From an uncultured bacterium (GTDB lineage: Bacteria > Gemmatimonadota > Gemmatimonadetes > Gemmatimonadales > Gemmatimonadaceae): 30,071 nt of DNA. The stretch is taken from assembly GCA_963978095.1 (NCBI GenBank), contig CAXBQP010000036.1, positions 1 through 30,071 of the forward strand, in the 5' to 3' direction. The translations under genes and the position numbers were made by a program. Positions within the stretch are counted from its first letter, which is position 1. Each line of letters opens with the position of its first letter. The notes under the pieces are model-generated. The model did not search any database and was not told the origin of the DNA. It worked only from the letters and a program-made list of their open reading frames with translations. Below, piece by piece: positions 27,051 to 30,071 of this stretch.

Positions 27051-27718
27051 GTCGTTGGCCGCCCGGTGATCGCGTACACGAACAAGTTGACGCCCATCCG
27101 CAGCGCCGCTTCATGCAACTCGGGAGGATCGCTGTACGTCCCGATGTCCTCCCAGCCGTTGCCGAGGTCGCTCTCCGAGCTGTAATACACCGCCAAGCGA
27201 TTCCCCAGAAAGATGCCGAATCCTCGGGCCGGCTTCCCGTCGTGCTCATGGATCTTGGGGATCCCCCGCGGGAAGTCGTACATCACATGATAGATCGGGT
27301 GCGACAACGGAACGTCCACGAGCTCGCGGTCGGGAAAAACCCGCTTGATCTCGCGCCGGAAACTTTCGTCGAGCCCGTAGTTGTCATCCACGTGCAGGAA
27401 CCCGCCGCGCGTCAGGTATTCACGGAGCCGGGTCACCTCGGCGTCGCTCAACTTCATGTTGCCGTGCCCGGTCACGTGCAGGAACGGATAGTCCCAGAGG
27501 CGATCATCCATCAGGGTCACGCGAGCTTCCGTTGTCTCGACGGACAAGGTCGTGCGCTCCCGGATGGCCCGCAGCAGATTCGGCAGGCTCGACGGGTTCG
27601 CGTACCAGTCGCCGCCACCGTCGTACTGCAGGCGTGCAACGGTCAGCCGCGGCGCCCGGGCCGATGCAGCCAACGGGACGAGCAGCAACAGAACGGCGAG
27701 ACGGCGGAGACGGTTCAC
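27047..27718 (-). CDS. DUF4159 domain exported protein
   Basis: Signal peptide, ARLQYDGGGDWY..PSSLPNL, YPFLHVTGHG, LR.YL..GGFL..DD.YG, HPIY, IHEHDG, DLG.GWED and A.RMG.N. Confidence 0.9.
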   Translation of the reverse strand: MNRLRRLAVLLLLVPLAASARAPRLTVARLQYDGGGDWYANPSSLPNLLRAIRERTTLSVETTEARVTLMDDRLWDYPFLHVTGHGNMKLSDAEVTRLREYLTRGGFLHVDDNYGLDESFRREIKRVFPDRELVDVPLSHPIYHVMYDFPRGIPKIHEHDGKPARGFGIFLGNRLAVYYSSESDLGNGWEDIGTYSDPPELHEAALRMGVNLFVYAITGRPTT

Positions 27719-28536
27719 TCGTGCGCCAGGCGATAGGCCAAGTTTCGGGGGGCAGCGGACTCTTCCATCAATACGCGGACCACGTCGCGCGCGCTCAACC
27801 CGCGCGCGCGGAGCGCCGCCGCCCGCTCCCGCAGCGTCGCTTCATCGGGCGCGACGACCGTCGCACCAGCCACCAGCAGCACCACCTCGCCGCGCGGCGC
27901 GGTCTCTCCGTACCCCCCCGCCAACTCGGCGACCGTCCCCCGCCGGAACTCCTCGAACTGCTTCGTGAGCTCACGCGCCACGACGGCAGGACGGTCCCCG
28001 GCCCCGGCTTCCTGCAACTCCGCGAGGGTGTCCCCCACCCGCCCTGGGGCCTCATACAGGACCGAGGTGTGTGCCGACGCCACGATCTCGCGCACCACCG
28101 CGCTGCGCTCCTTCCCCTTCCGCGCCAGGAAGCCGTAAAAAGTGAAGCGCGTCGCATCCAGGCCCGAACCCACGAGCGCCGCCAGCAACGCCGACGCACC
28201 GGGCACCGGCACCACTGTCACCCCGGCGTCGATGGCCGCACGCACCAACCGGGCCCCGGGATCCGAGAGCAGCGGCGTCCCCGCGTCACTGATGAGCGCC
28301 AGTCGCGCCCCCGCCTCGAGCCGTTCGACCAGTGCCGGCGTGCTTTTGGCCTCGTTGTGCTCATGATGTGCGACCAGCGGCGTGTGCACGGCGAACCGAT
28401 CCAGCATCGGCCGCGAGTGCCGCGTGTCCTCGGCGAGAATCATCTCGACCGTCTGGAGCACCTCGATCGCCCGCGGGCTGAGGTCGCCCAGATTCCCGAT
28501 GGGCGTGCTGACGAGATACAGCTGCCCGGCGCTCAC
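27715..28536 (-). CDS. rsmI: 16S rRNA (cytidine-1402-2'-O)-methyltransferase
   Basis: LYLVSTPIGNLGDLSPRA, AEDTR, HEHNE, SDAGTP..SDPG, F.FYGFL, YEAP.R, RELTK.FEE and RGE. GTG at 28536 with GAGG upstream. Confidence 0.95.
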   Translation of the reverse strand: MSAGQLYLVSTPIGNLGDLSPRAIEVLQTVEMILAEDTRHSRPMLDRFAVHTPLVAHHEHNEAKSTPALVERLEAGARLALISDAGTPLLSDPGARLVRAAIDAGVTVVPVPGASALLAALVGSGLDATRFTFYGFLARKGKERSAVVREIVASAHTSVLYEAPGRVGDTLAELQEAGAGDRPAVVARELTKQFEEFRRGTVAELAGGYGETAPRGEVVLLVAGATVVAPDEATLRERAAALRARGLSARDVVRVLMEESAAPRNLAYRLAHE

Positions 28537-28720
28537 CAGTGCACCGACCTCACCACGGTCACGTACAGCCCCGCGGACGGAAACGCGTGGCCGCTGGCGG
28601 CGTCCGTCAGGACGTGGTGCGGACGCAATGCGGCTCGACGCATGCGGTGCAGCCGCACGCGATCCACCGGGAAACGTAGGCCGGACGCGGACAAGGGCTG
28701 AGCGGTGGAAGGAACGACGA

Positions 28721-28773
28721 CGGGAGACGGACCGACAGGCCGCCCGCGAGGGCGGCACCTGTGCCGTCTCCCG
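28721..28773. other. Long imperfect hairpin between trxA and rsmI
   Basis: CGGGAGACGG (28721-28730) pairs with CCGTCTCCCG (28764-28773). The inner stem is ACAG..GCCGCCC-gcga-GGGCGGC..CTGT. Confidence 0.7.
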
Positions 28774-28775
28774 GC

Positions 28776-28810
28776 AAAAATCGCGCGCGGGCGCGCGGCC
28801 CGCAACGCGA
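28776..28810 (-). terminator. Probable Rho-independent terminator after trxA
   Basis: Minus strand TCGCG-t-TGCGGGC-cgcgc-GCCCGCG-CGCGA followed by TTTTT, 3 nt after the trxA stop. Confidence 0.75.
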
Positions 28811-28813
28811 TGA

Positions 28814-29140
28814 CTAGGCGAGGTGCTTGTTGAACTTCTCCGCGAGCGCCGCCTTCGGCACCGCACCCACGACCTGATCGACGAGCTTGCCGTCCTTGAA
28901 GAACAGCAGCGTCGGGATCGACCGCACATTGAACTTCATCGACGTCTTCTGATTGGAGTCCACGTCGAGCTTGGTCACCTTCACCTTCCCCGCGTACTCC
29001 ACCGACAGCTGGTCGAGGATCGGCGCGATCATGCGGCACGGACCGCACCACGTCGCCCAGAAATCCACCACGGTCAGCCCCTCGGCCTTCTCCACGTTCG
29101 CTTCGAAATCAGCGTCCGTCACCACGATTGCGTTCGACAT
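28814..29140 (-). CDS. trxA: Thioredoxin
   Basis: VDFWATWCGPCRMIAP and RSIPTLLFFKDG, 108 aa. Confidence 0.98.
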   Translation of the reverse strand: MSNAIVVTDADFEANVEKAEGLTVVDFWATWCGPCRMIAPILDQLSVEYAGKVKVTKLDVDSNQKTSMKFNVRSIPTLLFFKDGKLVDQVVGAVPKAALAEKFNKHLA

Positions 29141-29275
29141 TGCCCCGGATTCTCCCCGCGTCTGACTGTTGCCTGCGCGCCACAGGTGCCGAGTGCCCCC
29201 GGGTCGCGCTAACCTTCACGGTGCCGTACCGCTCCACAACGGGCATCCCGCCCATTCCTTCGCGAACACTCACCG

Positions 29276-29686
29276 ATGACTTCCCCCATCCGTCGTGGCA
29301 CCCGCATCGCCCACATCGGCATCGCCGTACGGTCCCTCGACGCCCTGCTACCGCTGTACCGCGATGTCCTCGGACTTCCCGAGGTCCCACTCGACGACGC
29401 CGACGGTGCGCGAATCACCGGCCTCGCCGCAGGGGAATCCCTGGTGGAACTCCTCGAACCTGAGGCCGTCGGATCCCCCATCGACAAGTTCATCGAGAAA
29501 CGGGGCCCTGGCATCCATCACGTCTGCCTGGCGGTGGACGACCTCGACGGCACGTTGGAGAAGTGCCGCGCGGCCGGCATCGCCCTCATCGATTCCGTCC
29601 CGCGGATCGGCGCGGAGGGCAAACGGATCGCCTTCCTGCATCCCAAGTCCACGGGAGGGGTGCTGATCGAACTCTCTGAATACTAA
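29276..29686 (+). CDS. mce: Methylmalonyl-CoA epimerase (VOC family)
   Basis: HIGIAV, VELLEP..SPI.KF..KRGPGIHH.C..VDD, GAEG..IAFLHPKST.GVLIEL. Confidence 0.92.
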   Translation: MTSPIRRGTRIAHIGIAVRSLDALLPLYRDVLGLPEVPLDDADGARITGLAAGESLVELLEPEAVGSPIDKFIEKRGPGIHHVCLAVDDLDGTLEKCRAAGIALIDSVPRIGAEGKRIAFLHPKSTGGVLIELSEY

Positions 29687-29694
29687 TCGCTGCG

Positions 29695-30069
29695 TCAAAT
29701 CCCCCCGCCGGCCGGCGTCTTGCCCATACCGGCGTTGCGGCAGAACCCCTTGTTCTGCAGTGTCACGATATCGAACTCCGACACGAACCAGCGACCCGCC
29801 GGCCCACGGACCACCGTGAACTTGGTGGTGGCCTGCAGCATCCCTTGGACGAGCTCGACGTTGAAGAGCACTTTGCCGCCGACGCTGGCAGCGCCTTCGG
29901 TGACCCGCGCGTTGTCGTGCCGCAGGGCGCACACCATGATCACCTCTCGCCGCTCGAAGGCGCGCACGTCATCGCGGGTGCGGGCGGGACCGGATTCATC
30001 ACCGAAGAGCGTCCCGATGGTGGCCAGATCCTGCTCGCGGGCCGCCTCCAGGAAGCGGTCGACGGCCAG
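29695..30069 (-). CDS. Hypothetical protein, 5'-partial (start lies beyond the window)
   Basis: The frame is open to the window edge: LAVDRFLEAAREQDLATIGTLFGDESGPARTRDDVRAFERR..GRWFVSEFDI. The helix-helix-beta pattern is reminiscent of NTF2-like folds. Confidence 0.7.
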   Translation of the reverse strand: MAVDRFLEAAREQDLATIGTLFGDESGPARTRDDVRAFERREVIMVCALRHDNARVTEGAASVGGKVLFNVELVQGMLQATTKFTVVRGPAGRWFVSEFDIVTLQNKGFCRNAGMGKTPAGGGI

Positions 30070-30071
30070 CC

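Noticed and set aside
28537..28813. RNase P RNA (often near rsmI in other bacteria)
   Set aside because: The conserved GAGGAAAGUCC motif was not found on either strand of this gap.
28814..29140. Selenoprotein candidates in the window
   Set aside because: Thioredoxin has ordinary CGPC, and no gene shows an in-frame UGA at a catalytic Cys position.

Overview
GC-rich bacterial chromosomal window of mostly core genes. Gene content and protein style suggest Gemmatimonadota (inference, no search run). Order: (1) bases 1-~690 are a patchwork of four unrelated gene fragments, including a nuoC 3' end and a pyrB 3' end, most likely a contig-end chimera. (2) thrS (-) is divergent from valS / Ig-like lipoprotein / selA / gmhB / purN / purH (+), followed by a DUF2723 (TMEM260-like) membrane glycosyltransferase. 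(3) A stand-alone Hpt protein (-). (4) tRNA-Ser(TGA), tRNA-Ser(GCT), gltX and a LexA-like repressor lacking its cleavage site and Ser-Lys dyad. (5) A minus-strand run: trxA / rsmI / DUF4159 / DUF4175-like / TPR / exported GATase-like protein / JAB-DinG helicase / FAH-family protein / membrane hypothetical. (6) Methylmalonyl-CoA epimerase and a partial hypothetical gene. No mobile element or CRISPR array was seen. Best leads: a candidate protein O-glycosylation system (TMEM260-like enzyme plus strong enrichment of the Bacteroidota-type D-S/T-x sequon in exported but not cytoplasmic proteins), a non-cleavable LexA, a translationally coupled envelope operon ending in JAB-DinG, and -10-like boxes a few bases before start codons. 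All family calls come from motif recognition by eye.
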